A stretch of DNA of 63,851 bases, counting the filler, from Cercozoa sp. M6MM (lineage: Eukaryota; Protista; Endomyxa: Ascetosporea), in NCBI GenBank assembly GCA_040357565.1. It is 5 parts of 5 records of this genome, joined end to end, with 100 filler letters (N's around TTAATTAATTAA, not from the genome) between each part and the next. Parts side by side here need not be neighbours in the genome. Positions count along the whole stretch, not along the records: positions 20,766 to 51,037 come from JBDODJ010000130.1; 4 more parts are not named here. One strand, written 5' to 3'. Position numbers and translations under genes: made by a program. The notes beneath the pieces were generated by a model. The model was not told the origin of the DNA. It made no database searches and saw only the letters and a list, made by a program, of their open reading frames with translations. Positions within the stretch are counted from its first letter, which is position 1. Each line of letters starts with the position of its first letter. Positions 25,700-40,266 of this stretch are shown here, one piece after another.

Positions 25700-28600
25700 T
25701 TACATTGGCAAACTGGTCGTGGCATCCGTCGCATGGTGAGTCGACACACGAGTATGGCCAGTGAGCTCGAGAGCGCCAATTTGACGTCGACTCGAGTCGT
25801 GAGGAGATGTCGAATCATTGCACGGCATAGCATCACGACAGTACCAGCAGTCGCAACTGGTAATCGTGCGATTACGATCACTCAGCCGTTGAGCTTCAAT
25901 TCCTTCAGTTCTCCGACTCTGTCTTAACACCAGAGTCTACAGCGACAACGGGGTCATTTGGAGAGACAGTAGCTTGATCAGAGTCTTCCAAATCGACATC
26001 GATGACATCGATAACGATTCCCGCACCTTCGTCGTTCTCGGTGTCAGAGTGATGCCAGCAAGGCGACAGTTTCCGAGACACGATCGGCTCCGATGTGGGA
26101 GCTTTTCGCGACTTGCGAATGTGCAGTCGCAGGCACGGGCTCGTCGGACTTGACAGCTGCTTCAAAGATAACAACTGAAGCAATGGGCATGTTGGCTAAG
26201 CAGACTACAGTTGCTCAGAATAAAATGTACCTCAGAGCCCGGTGTGCTTTGAATGGAAGTGGGCGACGGACTGATACGTTCTTCCTGTAGTATCAATAAA
26301 CCCCGCGTCTTCTGAGTATGACAAGCAAAGACGGGAGATGAAAGGACAATCATTACCAGTGGAAATAGCGGCGGGAACAACGCATTATGCGCCGTATTGT
26401 CTGTCACACAGTATTGGAAAGGGAGCAATACAGCAAAATGTTAGAAAGCAGACAACGGATACCGGAACCTTTCGTCGTGATACGCCGACTCAAACACGAC
26501 ATTGGCGACGGAGTGCGATGGCCGGGTGCTAGAAATGCAGCAGTCGGACAGGCTTGTTCAGCGACCACAGCGCGCGAATGCAGCTGCACGTGACGACTCA
26601 GATCGTCGAGTTCGATCGAGCTCAGACACTGCAGCGTCAAGTTGCTGCATGCAAAAGACAGTGACTCCTCGTCGGACATCCAGTTCACAGTGTGTATCTG
26701 TACAGTTGCTGCCTCTCGTAGCGAACACTTTCGGCGATTCTCGCTAGCAACTGGGGCTTCGCGCCATTGTGGAAACCGGCTGAACTGCGACGTCGTCCGC
26801 GACGACAGGCCAGAACTGCTTCTGCTCAAGTTGAGAAAAATCCCACATTCAAAAAGCACAGCAGGAAACAAGATCGACGCACCTTGCACAGCGCCCAAAG
26901 CCTCGAGTCGGCGAATTGCGATGTCGCGCAGCACGTGCAAGAAACGCAGTGGAGGTACGACGTAGCAATCCTAAAGCACTCGTCCATCCATTCTGGACGT
27001 CAAATACTGAAAGTTCGGTTGAGAGACTACACTGGGTGCGTCAGGCTTGAGTACATCATGGACCGTCGGATTCACGCAAATGCGGTGGCACGCATGCTCC
27101 CGCAGCAATCGTTCGTTCGCGATGGACTTTTGGCCCGCTTTGCGTTCTTTGATCTAACAGAAGGGGAGCTTAAAAACGATTCAAACAAACAAGGTGCAGT
27201 AAGTTCGGAGTAGGCAAGTTTTACAAGAGCATTGACGACGTCGCCAAAAGTGAAGGTCCAAGTTTGCCCGTTCGCTGTTGGCTCGCTCAGCGCGTGTTGC
27301 AGTGTCGACAGGTGCGAATGTAGATACTGCGCCAACACAAGATTGAGCAAGCACACGCTCATGTGTAGTGCCGCCGCTTCTCTCTGTTCGGGAATCGTGA
27401 GCATCCTTTTCCAACACAAAAAACCTCAGTTTGTTTCAAGTTAAAACCAGTCCGAGAAAAGCTGGTGAATACAGTTCCTTGGCGATACTTTCGTTGTCAT
27501 CATACGCTTTCTGCGACTGCCAGAGCGATTGAGACGAACCAGGATTCGCAAACGCGCCCACCACAGGCACGACGGCGATTGTGCCAACATGCGCCGTGTA
27601 CGCCTTCGAGAGAAACAAACACTCAAGAGACTCAGGCAGCAAAATACTATTAGAATGTTGTACCTCAAAGCCAGGGAACGCGAACTGAATGAAATGAGAG
27701 TCACTGGAGGTAAACTCGGCAGGCTCAACGCACAGCACGCGCGTGTGCTGCAATATATGGTGAGTGTGCTCGATGCACTTTTCCAGCTGCTGCAGAGCGT
27801 GGTGTAGCTGCCTCGACTTGGCGTTGCGGCGTGGCTTGGCTTCAGCAAGCCACCGAGCGCTGAAAGTTTCCGGGCGCGTTTCTTTCGCATTATTGTGACT
27901 GCAACTGCCACTGGAAAACGGGAGAAACGTAGAGTTCAAGACTGCTGAGCTGTTGAAACAGACGTGTTGCAGCACAGCGATTTGTCGCATAATGTTGCGC
28001 GGCTCGTTCAAGACGCGCTCACACAGGCGCTTAGCTTCAGTCAGAACTTGGCGCTCGTGCTGCAAGTTGATTGCGACTGGTGCTTGCATGTGAGTGTTGC
28101 TGTCTTTGACAATTTGGTCGGTGTTGAACACGCTGATACTGGCACTTCGCCGGTGAAGGCGGCGGGCTCTCACTCCTGGAGTTGGAGTGCGACTGAGGTT
28201 TTGTGCACAAGTTGCGTTCAGTAATCGTTCGCTGGGTGCAGGAGACAGCAGACTTTCTCGCAGTTTTTGGGTGGCTGAATACCAAAAACCAAAAATACCA
28301 AAAACTGAAACGGAAATAAAGCAGAGTGATACTTCGCATTATCTCGTCATACGTCTGTGAGATCACGCGGTGCGCCTCGGACAAGTCGCTTTCGTTCTCT
28401 TGGAGGCAGCTCGAGTTGTAGCTTTCAGTGTTTGTGCAATGCAGTTGCTCCCATTGCTGGTGAAGCGACTGCAGCTCTTCGGTGAGCTTGGCGATGCGAG
28501 ATGACAAAAGCGATGCGACGGCTCGAGAAGACACCGTTCCTGCCGGTCCGGGCTCTTCTGAAATAGACGACAGCCTCTCGCCGCTTGGACTCAGAGGGCT

Positions 28601-29400
28601 GAAAAACAGCGACAAAACCTAACTTCAGTCATTCCTGAGAGATATGTAGTTCACCTGAGTGGAATGGCGAAAGCGCCTTGGTGCTTATTAGAGTCGTCTG
28701 CAACTCCGCTCTAAACGTGCGTGCAAACTTAGACGAAGTGACAGAGGAAAGCGCACAAACCTGGACACTTCGACTTCTTCGATGAGTGAAGCGGCGTCTG
28801 GACATCAGAACGAGCGTATGCAGAGTCTTGATCCGCTGGACAGAAAAGGAAAAAAGCTCACAACATCAGCGTCGTTGCACACAACTGGTACTTTCAGCTC
28901 AGTCTAGTTAACCGACGAACGCAGGAGAATTCACCAGTGCCCTTAACAGGCGTTCTGCCTTCCTTCTTGTGGTGTTTCAAAAACGGCCCTTGGGTCTCCT
29001 GTTGCTCAGTCACCGTGACTGAACGCAAAGTTCATTCAGTCCACACAGTATCGATACTCCAGTACGTTTGCTGATCGGTCGTTTGCTCTCGTGATACTTC
29101 TTTGATGGGTCAAAGACCACTATCACCTGAAGCGGTGATCACTTTCGACAGTACACTGTCCGCACTGCGGTCCCTAGCCCCCTGGGTGAAGTGGGGATCT
29201 GCAGCCGGCTGCTCTTTTTGCTGGAAAATTTGCTGTGGTGGTTTCATTACAACCGAGGGCTTTTCCAGCAGGCTAGCAATTTTCAAAACTAAATTGTGAG
29301 TGTTGACACGCCTGCTGTGGCAGAGCAAGCATTTAACTCGGCCCAAATGAAAATATCTTTTGAGGTACTGAGCATCGGCATCATCTTTTGGTTTCTCATC
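25700..29400 (-). CDS. Large hypothetical multi-exon gene (ends uncertain)
   Basis: Series of open minus-strand exons separated by short GT..AG introns; no recognised domain. Confidence 0.45.
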
Positions 29401-29606
29401 GAGCCGCCGATGCAATGCTCCTCGATATTTTGGGAGGGGAGAGGAGGAGGAGGGGGAAGGCGAGGTACAGCTGAACTAAAGTGGCTCCAAAGGTGTTTTT
29501 GTATCTGTCGCTGGAATTCGCGAGCTCCACTGCTCAAAACAGCATCCACAGACGAAAACTAACAAAGAGAGTCGAGGATGCCGCAAGAGTACCAAACAGT
29601 GAGTCC

Positions 29607-29609
<3 letters not shown>

Positions 29610-29656
<47 letters not shown>

Positions 29657-29666
29657 NNNNNNNNNN

Positions 29667-29713
<47 letters not shown>
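29610..29713. repeat. (GT)n microsatellite with 10-N gap
   Basis: Visible; preceded by a GTGAGT donor-like site at 29599. Confidence 0.9.
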
Positions 29714-29717
<4 letters not shown>

Positions 29718-29935
29718 CGTTTTTTTAACTGCGGTCACCCAGTTTTGTTGATGTCCGGGCGGAAAATGGCAGGTCTCGTATTTTCTCCTCAAATCAGGCA
29801 ACACTCGTATTTCCTTGCACAAGCCCGTTTGTTGCCTTTCAGCCTACCCCTGGACGTCTGAGCTACAGTGGGCGTGTCTCCTGCAGTTTTCTCGCTGCTC
29901 TTCTGTCCTGTGGTGAACTGCCCCGGTTTTTTCGG

Positions 29936-31681
<1,746 letters not shown>

Positions 31682-32210
31682 GTACCGTCTTCCAGCCGCC
31701 AGCGACGAGATCACTGCAATATCGCATCCCTATTCTAAGATACGTCGCTGACTACAGCCAGTGCTACTGTATGTCAATGCACTTGTCATGTTCCAATACA
31801 CCAGTTAAAAATGTTTATCGAGTACGCTGCATCGCCGATGAAAGCGAGGTCTCGACTCACGACTCGTCAGTCATTAGGCCACGGTAATACTGGGCATGAT
31901 CACAGTGAGGGGCCCTAGGATTCTCATTTCGTCTAAATTTACTTGTTTGATGTCTTCTCTCTCGTCGCTGCGGGACACTGTCCCATAAAGACTCAGGTTC
32001 CTGTCCCACAACGACCCAGCGCAGGTTTCTGTCCATGATTACTAATGTTAGATACTACCGGTATGCGCTTGCGACCCACCCAGGACTGGTACAGAGAAAT
32101 GACGCTACATACGATAGTTGGTTTCTTAAGACTAAACTAACTACTGTAACTCTTGCGTTAGACCACGGGAGGCGAGGGACCATCATCCGATCAAAAAAAG
32201 ACGACAGCGC

Positions 32211-32323
32211 TTACAGCGAGATCTCGAGGTGCAAGTCGTAGACGACAGTGCCGCGTCCGTTAATGTCGAAAGTCGCAATGCCACGCCACTCGCCGCACAT
32301 CGGATCGGTCGGTTCATTTCGTC

Positions 32324-32364
<41 letters not shown>

Positions 32365-33866
32365 CCAGTTTCGTGTCGCGTCAATTCGATACTTTGAGTA
32401 ATTTCGGCGGCCACAGTGTCTGACGAAGTACGGGAAAATTAAAAAAACAAGATCTTTGTACACAGAAACAATGGAAGGTACCATCGTCGCGCTTGACCAG
32501 TCCAATACCACGCAGATTGAGCTGGTTGCCCGTCGGGAGCAGGCCAGCAGTTGCGTGCACTTGTGGCGACAAGATCGGATGATTCAGCACGAGCAGTGCG
32601 CCCATCTGGTGCAAGTCTAGTCGCTTGCGGATCTGCCGCCGCGCCAGTACGGCAGAGAACGCGACCGACGAGGTTTCCCACTGTGAATGTATACGTCTTC
32701 ACTAGAAAGAGAAACGAGACAAACAAAAGAAGAAACTGACACTGTCGTTAGAGCCGCTGCTTCGGCGCACTTGCGCGTGCAGCACCGTGGCACGCAGCAC
32801 ACGCGACTTGAGTAGATTCACCGGCGTTTCTTGCGTGAAATACGGCGCAAGCGTGAGCCAATCCGGAGTCAGCGGCGATTTCAGGTGCTTTCGCCGTCCT
32901 GCGGTTAGTCACCAAAACAAATAAATTGATGTACAAAAAAAGGAGTGTGTACTGCGAGCAAGCAAGCCTGGTGTCACGCCCTCTTGTCGAAAGATCGAAG
33001 GCAACTTGCTCATCTTACCGAGATACACGCCTGCGTGCAGACAACCAAAAAACTAAAAGTCCAATTGAAGAAACAGCGAAAAGGTACATGCATCAAGCAG
33101 AGCAGTTAGTTCGCTTTCCGACAGGTTGGTCCTTTGATTCAACGCATAGAAAGCGGCAAGACATCGGTCGAACTGTGCGCTTTGCAAGCACGATCGCAAT
33201 GTGAGTGCCAAAACTCTTGAACTCACGCTGCAAGAAACGACAACGCTCAAGTGAAGAAATAAAACAACTTAAAAGCAAAACAGCATACTCTGGCCTGCTC
33301 GAGGCACGAACGAGAAGCTCCGTCATCAAACTTCGCTGTTGTTGCTGCGTTTTGACAAGTGACTTCGTCGCGCCTGCCGCTTCGTGCTCTTGAACACGGG
33401 AAACGACACGCTCCAGAAGAATGAGAGTGTCGTCCGAGATCAACGAGTCTACATCTGGGCAGAAAGCACGTCGTTGGGCAAAGCGTCGACGACATCAAAA
33501 GGCGAAACAACAGGAAAAGCTACTCAATGATTCGAACAGTCTCTGCAGCTCCGAACAACTTGCTGCGTCAAGATCACGCACAAGCAGCTCGTGCAGCAAC
33601 TTTACGGTCCTTCTCGTTTCCCAAGTACTGGCGCCTAAAGTAAAGCGGAGGAAATCCAGGCAAGAAAGCAGAAGCAACTAAGACAAAACCGCACCGCGAG
33701 ATCCTCTGCAGCGCCTGAATGCGACACTCGCTACTACTGTCAGACCAAGCGATGCAGCGCACGCGCAAAGCAGCATCTTATGATCCGTCATGATGCCGGC
33801 GAGAAAGCCTTCCGCGTGGCGGTTTGACTGACCCCCACTGCAGGAAGAGTGGGCGTTCGTTGGCAT
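32211..33866 (-). CDS. Hypothetical helical protein with poly-Q near C-terminus
   Basis: Spliceable minus-strand exons; (CAG)n tract at 32326-32362. Confidence 0.45.
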
Positions 33867-34130
33867 GATTCAACTCACAGCACTTCTCGTCGTATGCACA
33901 ATCAGTGAGCGCTCTGGATCTGCACCCTAGCACGCCACAGTGCAAGAAATGCAGTTTTCTCGCTTGTCAACATTGATCATGTGGCTACAGTGGGTTTGGC
34001 GCTCTGCCACCACCTAGGGCCAGTCCACTGTAAGCAACAGTGTGCTAGTACTCTGATTGTGCTCTAAACGTGAATTGAGTGCGCTCGAAGCTAGTGTGCC
34101 GAGGGTACTTTGCTCGAGGGGTATCTTGGG

Positions 34131-36048
34131 ATGGACCACCTGAGCGAGGAGGAGCGCTCGCAGCTGCGTGCTGAAGTGATAGCCGCTCTGGAGGCGTCTG
34201 GACACGGCCATGCAGCGCGTGACTCGACCTGGCGACTGTTCGAGCGAGCGCGACGGCATGAACTGACAAAGGTTCTTGATCCCTTTTTTGCTTGGCTTTT
34301 TTTGGGGATAAGTTGTTTTAACAGGAAATTGAGGCCAAGTACAACATGAAGCTCAATAAGCCACCCCCAAAGAAACGTGGACGCCCACGAAAGCCGAAAG
34401 CGCCGCCTAAGGTCACGGTGGACGAGGAAGACGAGACCGAGGAGGAGGTCGATCCCGAGTACGAGATCCTGGCCAAGAGTGCGCGTCAGGCCGGCCAGCC
34501 CGCTCTCGCTGCCGACGAGCAGGTTCGCTCGCTATTTTGCCTCTTATTTCGCACGCCGCATTTTTGTTTTTCAGAGACGTGCGACGCTGCTCGAGATCCT
34601 CGACGAACTCATCGCGCGTCCCGAATCGCGTAGCTTTGCACCCTCTTCGTGTTTGCGAAATTCGGCGAAAGATGTGTGAAATTGAGTGAAGTTTTTGTGA
34701 AACCTGTGAAAACTTTGCGAAATCGAGTGATAGCTTTGTGTGAAACTTGTGGAAGCCTGTGAAACTTGTGACAGCTTTGCGAAAAAGCTTGAATTTGCTT
34801 GAAAGCTTTGCGAAAAAGCTTGAAATTGCTTGATAGCTTTGTGAAACTTGCGACAGTTTTGTGAAATTGAGCGAAAGTGTGCAAGATCAAGTGAAACGCT
34901 TTGTTGGCGATGCGATGTGCTGCGCAGTGGCGTTTCGCGAGCCAGTGACGGACGAAATCGCGCCGGGCTATTCCGAAATCATCGAGATTCCGATGGACAC
35001 GAGCACGCTGCGGCGGCGGTTGTTGCAGGGCGGTTTCTTCCCGACTGTGCAGCACTTTATCGACGCTCTGTCGCTCATCTGGATCAATTGTCGCACCGTA
35101 CCCCCTTGTACCCCCTTGTACCCCTTGTACCTTTTTACCCCTCCCCCCAGTACAACGCTCCGGAGAGCGAGCTGGTCGAAGTGGCCGACGAGCTAGACGA
35201 GTGGTGTCGCGGGCGCCTGCAAGAAGCGCTGCCATCCGACCGGTCACTGCCGCTGCCGTCCGCGCGGATGAAGACGCCGCGCGAACGACTGCGAAACGCT
35301 CGCGCCGAACGCGTGCGGCGCCGCGCCAAGGAGGTGCACACACCGCCGCCCGACGACGAGGACTTCGTGCCCGACGCTGTTGCCGCCGACGACGCCGACA
35401 TCGACTTTGACGAAGAGCCCGAAACCAAGCGACGCCGTCTCGACGCACCCAAGCGCGCCAAAGGTTTCGGTCTTCGCTTTGCTTTCGCTCTTTGCTTTCC
35501 TTTTCTTTGCTTTGATTTTTGCTAAATTTCGCATTGATTTCGCGTTGATTTTGCGTTGATATCGTGTTAATGTCGCATTGTTTTCGCGTGAACATGTCGA
35601 TCTCGTTGGACCTGTGGTTTTGTGTTTGTGATTGTAGCTTGGTTGCGACGCGTGGTTTGGTTTATGTGCAGTAAGCACGGGTAAGAAGAAGCGCGGGCGG
35701 CCCAAAGGGTCGAAGAACAAGAGCACGAGGGAGCGCGAGGCACGCGAAGCAGCCGAAGCGGCAAAGCGAATCTCGCCGCAGCAGCTGCAGCAGCACCAGC
35801 AGCAGTGCTTTGCCGCACTGGTGCACGGACGGCCCTTCCCGTCGCCCCCACGACCGCTGGCTGAGCAGCAGCACAAGGAGCAGCACAAGGAGCAGGAGCT
35901 AATTGAGTCAGCAGCTCAGGAAGCAAGGCAACACGAGCACAGTGCCGAAGCTTCGCAACCGCGTGTCGATCTGCTGCTTGGTATGCTGTTTGCACGCGCA
36001 CAACGCCGTCGTCGTCGAGTAACTGCTGTTGTTAATGCCTTGCGTTAA
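34131..36048 (+). CDS. Bromodomain protein with two AT-hooks
   Basis: KKRGRPRK and KKRGRPKGSKNK; AFREPV..APGYSEIIEIPMD..LIWINCRT|YN with the conserved Asn. 3' end uncertain. Confidence 0.88.
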
Positions 36049-36415
36049 CTGAGCTAACTCGACTCGAACTGAACACGACAGCAAAGCAATTGTTACAGTC
36101 TGACTCAGATTACGCACTCCGCGAGGAACCCAGGCTGACAGCAAGGAGAAAGAATTGTGAAGAGTTGTGGCTTTGTGGCACTGCTGCCTAGTGTAAAGCT
36201 GACTGGACCTGTCTGAAAGCCAGTTGGGGGGTTTTCGTCCTTCGCCTCTATTAGACGACTTACTTCTTTTATTTAGTTCTTTCGCTGACAAACGTCAGTA
36301 ACACAATTGCTATTAATGAAAACAGGCAACAGTGCGTGTTAAGTTAGCTATTCTCTGGGGCTGGAGAGGGCAACGCAAGGCTTTCGCTAGTATGGTGCGT
36401 TCCATGTGATTACGC

Positions 36416-38466
36416 TTACAGCAGGTCCTCGACTGTAGCACAAAGAATAAAGCAAGGAAGGAAGGGAAGTAAGGAATCATAGGGAAGCAAGGGGAAAGAG
36501 GCAGTACTCTTGACAGGCATCTCGTCGATCTGCGTGCCGTAGAACTGCTGGATGTCCTGCAGCATGTGCATCTCGTCGGCCTTGACCAGATTGATGGCGA
36601 CACCCTTGCGACCGAAGCGGCCGGAGCGACCGATGCGGTGCAGGTAGTTCTCACGCTGCAGCGGCAGGTCGTAGTTGATGACCACCGAGACCTGCTGGAT
36701 GTCGATACCGCGGCCCATCACATCGGTACAGATGAGCACGCGCGTCTTGCCCTGTCGGAACTGATTGAGGATCTGCTCACGCTCCTGCTGCGTCATCTGA
36801 CCGTGCAGTGATGCCACCGTGAAGTTCGCCTGCAGGGGGAGAGAAGTAGGGGGGGGGGGGGATAGGGTTAGTGGAGTCAGTCTTACCTTGCGCATCTGCT
36901 CGGCAAGCCACTCGACCTTCTCGCGCTTGTTGACAAAGATACACGCCTGCGTGATCGTCAGCGTGTCGTACAGGTCGCACAGCGTGTCGAACTTCCACTG
37001 CTCGCGGTCCACCGCTGCCCGAGGGGTAGGGGTAAGAAGGGTAAGAAGGGTAAGTATAGGGGGACAACGTACCAATGAAGAACTGCTTGATGCCTTCGAG
37101 TGTAAGTTCATCACGCTTCACGAGAATCTTCACAGGGTCGTTCATGAACTTGCGTGTCATGTCGAGCACGTTACCCGACACCGTAGCCGACACCAGGATG
37201 ACCTGTCACACAAACGCGTGTGTCACATCAACAAGCTTGCTAGTACTGCGTGTCAGTACCTGCGTGGTAGCCGGCAGGTACTGGTAGATCTCGTACAGGT
37301 CCTCCTTGAAGTTGCGGTTCAGCATTTCGTCGGCCTCGTCAATGACGAGAAGCTTAATGTTCGTCGTGTCCAGGTGACCCTGTGTATGTCCATAGTAAAA
37401 AAAAAGCCACTTGATTGATTAAGGGTGCGAGCTACCTCCTTCATCATGTGCTGCACACGGCCTGGCGTGCCACTCACGACATGCACACCGGCCTGCAGTG
37501 CGCGCACGTCGTCGCTCACGGAACGACCGCCGATGAGACAGTGCACCTGTGAGTGTACCTCATTAATACACACACAAACAACCTCAGTGTAAGAATGCAG
37601 GTACACGAGCGTGCATGTGCTCGCCGAAAGCCGTCATGACGTTGCGCGACTGGTCGGCCAGTTCGCGCGTCGGCGACAGCACCTGAGTGACCACATCAGT
37701 TTGCACAGCAGCACAGCCACCCAAACAGCACACAATCGTGTTCTACCAGAGCTTGCGTGTGACGCGACTTAGTGTCGATGCACTGCAGCGTCGCAATGCA
37801 GAAGATCGTCGTCTTACCCGTACCCGACTGCGACTGAGCAATCACGTCGCGGCCCTCCAGAATCTGCGCAACACGTTTCAGTTACTCTTGCTTCACATTA
37901 AAGCTTACACCAGTTCACAATAACAGTGCAAGCTTGCGAAAGCTCGTGACAGCACCCAAGAAACTCAAGCACTATTCTACCGGACGAATGGCACGCTGCT
38001 GGATGGCCGACGGTCGCTCAAAGCCGTAGTGGTAGATGCCACGCAGAAGCTCCTGCTTCAATCCCATGCGCTGCACACAAACCACTCAATAAAGTTGACT
38101 CTAAACGTATTCGACTGCACTCCCGTCAAGCCACACATTTCGGCAAGCTTCGCACGCTTTTGTCAAGAGCTCAAAAGTGGACTCACGTCAAACGACGGGA
38201 TGGCGTCAACGTTGTCACCCTCATCGGCGAGCTTGGGACCACCTAAACAAAAGAAACACAACAATCTCAAAAACGCAAAAACCAAAAGAAAACAGAAAAC
38301 AAAAAGCACAAGAAATCAATTGGAACACAGGCGACTTACGGTGTCTGCGACGCTCGTGAGACCGCGAACGGGAACGGGAACGGCCTACACACTCAGGACG
38401 AATAAGCTCAGACGGCAAGTGGGGCCACTGGATTTCCCTCTCTCAGAAAACCAACTTACGACTCAT
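36416..38466 (-). CDS. EIF4A3: DEAD-box helicase eIF4A-III (exon junction complex)
   Basis: [58 protein letters not shown] and [17 protein letters not shown]. Confidence 0.93.
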
Positions 38467-38626
38467 GGGATCTCTAGGTAACTACTGTGGTACGTTCACA
38501 CCAGTGGACACCTCTCAAGGGCGTGGTGACTCGATAATGAGATTGCCGGAGCGCCGGAACAATATTAGAAAAATAAATGCGATGCTAGTGAAGAATTTAT
38601 TGTTTTTTTTGTTTAATTGCGATAAA

Positions 38627-40065
38627 ATGCACGCAATTGACGAAATCGACCTGTAAACCGAAAAATATACCACATATGACCACAGTCACCCTCAAACCGA
38701 TGCTTCACATTTTTTACAGAGTTTTGCTCGACATGGACGGGGTCGTCTGGCGCTCCCATAACGTACTTGTTCTTTTGAATGCATCAGGACAAGTGTATGT
38801 TTTTATCGTCCGCTCAGTTGCTTCCGCGTGCGAGAGAAACGATCGAAGCACTGCGAAGCAAAGGCATCCGAGTCGGCTTCGTCACCAACAGTTCCAAAAA
38901 GAGTCGCATCAGTGCAGCGCAGCAGTTGACGAAACTTGGCATTCCGACCGACAAATCCGACTGTTTCACGAGTGCTTGGAGGTGAGTTTCTGAAACAGCA
39001 CAATCATTGCTTTCTGAGCTTTCATTTTAAACCGCATTGTTTCAGTGCTGCTCAGTTGCTGCGGCGACGTGGCTTTCATCCAGATGGCAGTCGACCGGAG
39101 GAGCAAGTACTGGTCATCGGCAGTTCTGCTATGGAAGAGGAATTGACTGAGGTAATCGTGTTTAGATTTTGATTGCAAGCGTTTCTCCACATTGACTTGC
39201 TTGACTTGTTCCTGGCCAGGCTAAAGTGCCATTTACGCACATTGACGTCTTGTTGAAGGAAGCAGCTGCCCACGAGTCAGCGACTGGTGACGATGACGAT
39301 GATCTCTTGCGAAAGTCGAATGCAACCGTTCATCTGACTCGCAACCAGCTGGCCCACGTTGATTTGCTTGATCGGTGCGGAGGCGTTCTCATGGGCTATG
39401 ACAACGAATTTACGTACTCGAAGTTGGCTCTCATGGTGTTGCATCTGCACCTGCCGCGTGTGGACTTTTTCGCCACCAATCTCGACTGTATATCTTTTGC
39501 TTTCAAAGAGACGTCTTTACAAAAACGTATGTAGCCACGTTCCCGGTGAACAACGGCCGTCTACTGGCAGGCACGGGTGCCATGTTCGCTGCTGCTGCTG
39601 TCGCGTCGGATAAGCGGCCGATCAACAGTGGCAAGCCTGAGAAGGATTTTGCCGTCTCAGTCCTGGAGCACTTTGGTGTTCTTGCCTCGCGTACTCTCAT
39701 GGTACCCCATCTTTGTGTGCATTTTTGCCTTCTCCAACCAAATGCCTGTTAGGTGGGCGATCGGTTGGACACTGACGTGCTCTTTGGCAAGCACTCTGGC
39801 ATGCGCACTGCCCTCGTTCTGACTGGCGTAGTTTCTCTTGATTGGTCTTAAATGAGAACGGAAATTGTCGATGTGTTGTTGAATCTATGACTTAGGTGTG
39901 TAACCAAGAGGACGCAGACAATGCTGGTATTGTTTTTAAAATGATGTTTAACTCAAATTGGAATATACCTCACGCTTTTTTGGGGTGTGCACAGGCGAGG
40001 CTAGCAAGCCCGACTTTGTGCTTAACGGTCTGGCCGACCTCGAACCTCTTGCGCTGAGCCTCTAA
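38627..40065 (+). CDS. HAD-IIA phosphatase (phosphoglycolate/pyridoxal phosphatase-like)
   Basis: Motifs LLDMDGVVW, FVTNSSKKSR, ATNLD, GKPE and MVGDRLDTD..LVLTGV. Confidence 0.92.
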
Positions 40066-40266
40066 CTACCGCCCCAGCTTCATATGTCAACCGCCCCTGA
40101 AACCCATGGTTAGTTAATTGACGACTTTCGTTTCATTCCGTCCTTAGTCTGGTCGAGCGTAGCTCATACAACGTAAATCAAGCGCAACAGCCATGCGCTT
40201 CTGATCCACCCAGTACCACCCGACTGGTACATAGGAACTGCAGAGTTGGTGTCTTAGTCGACTAAA

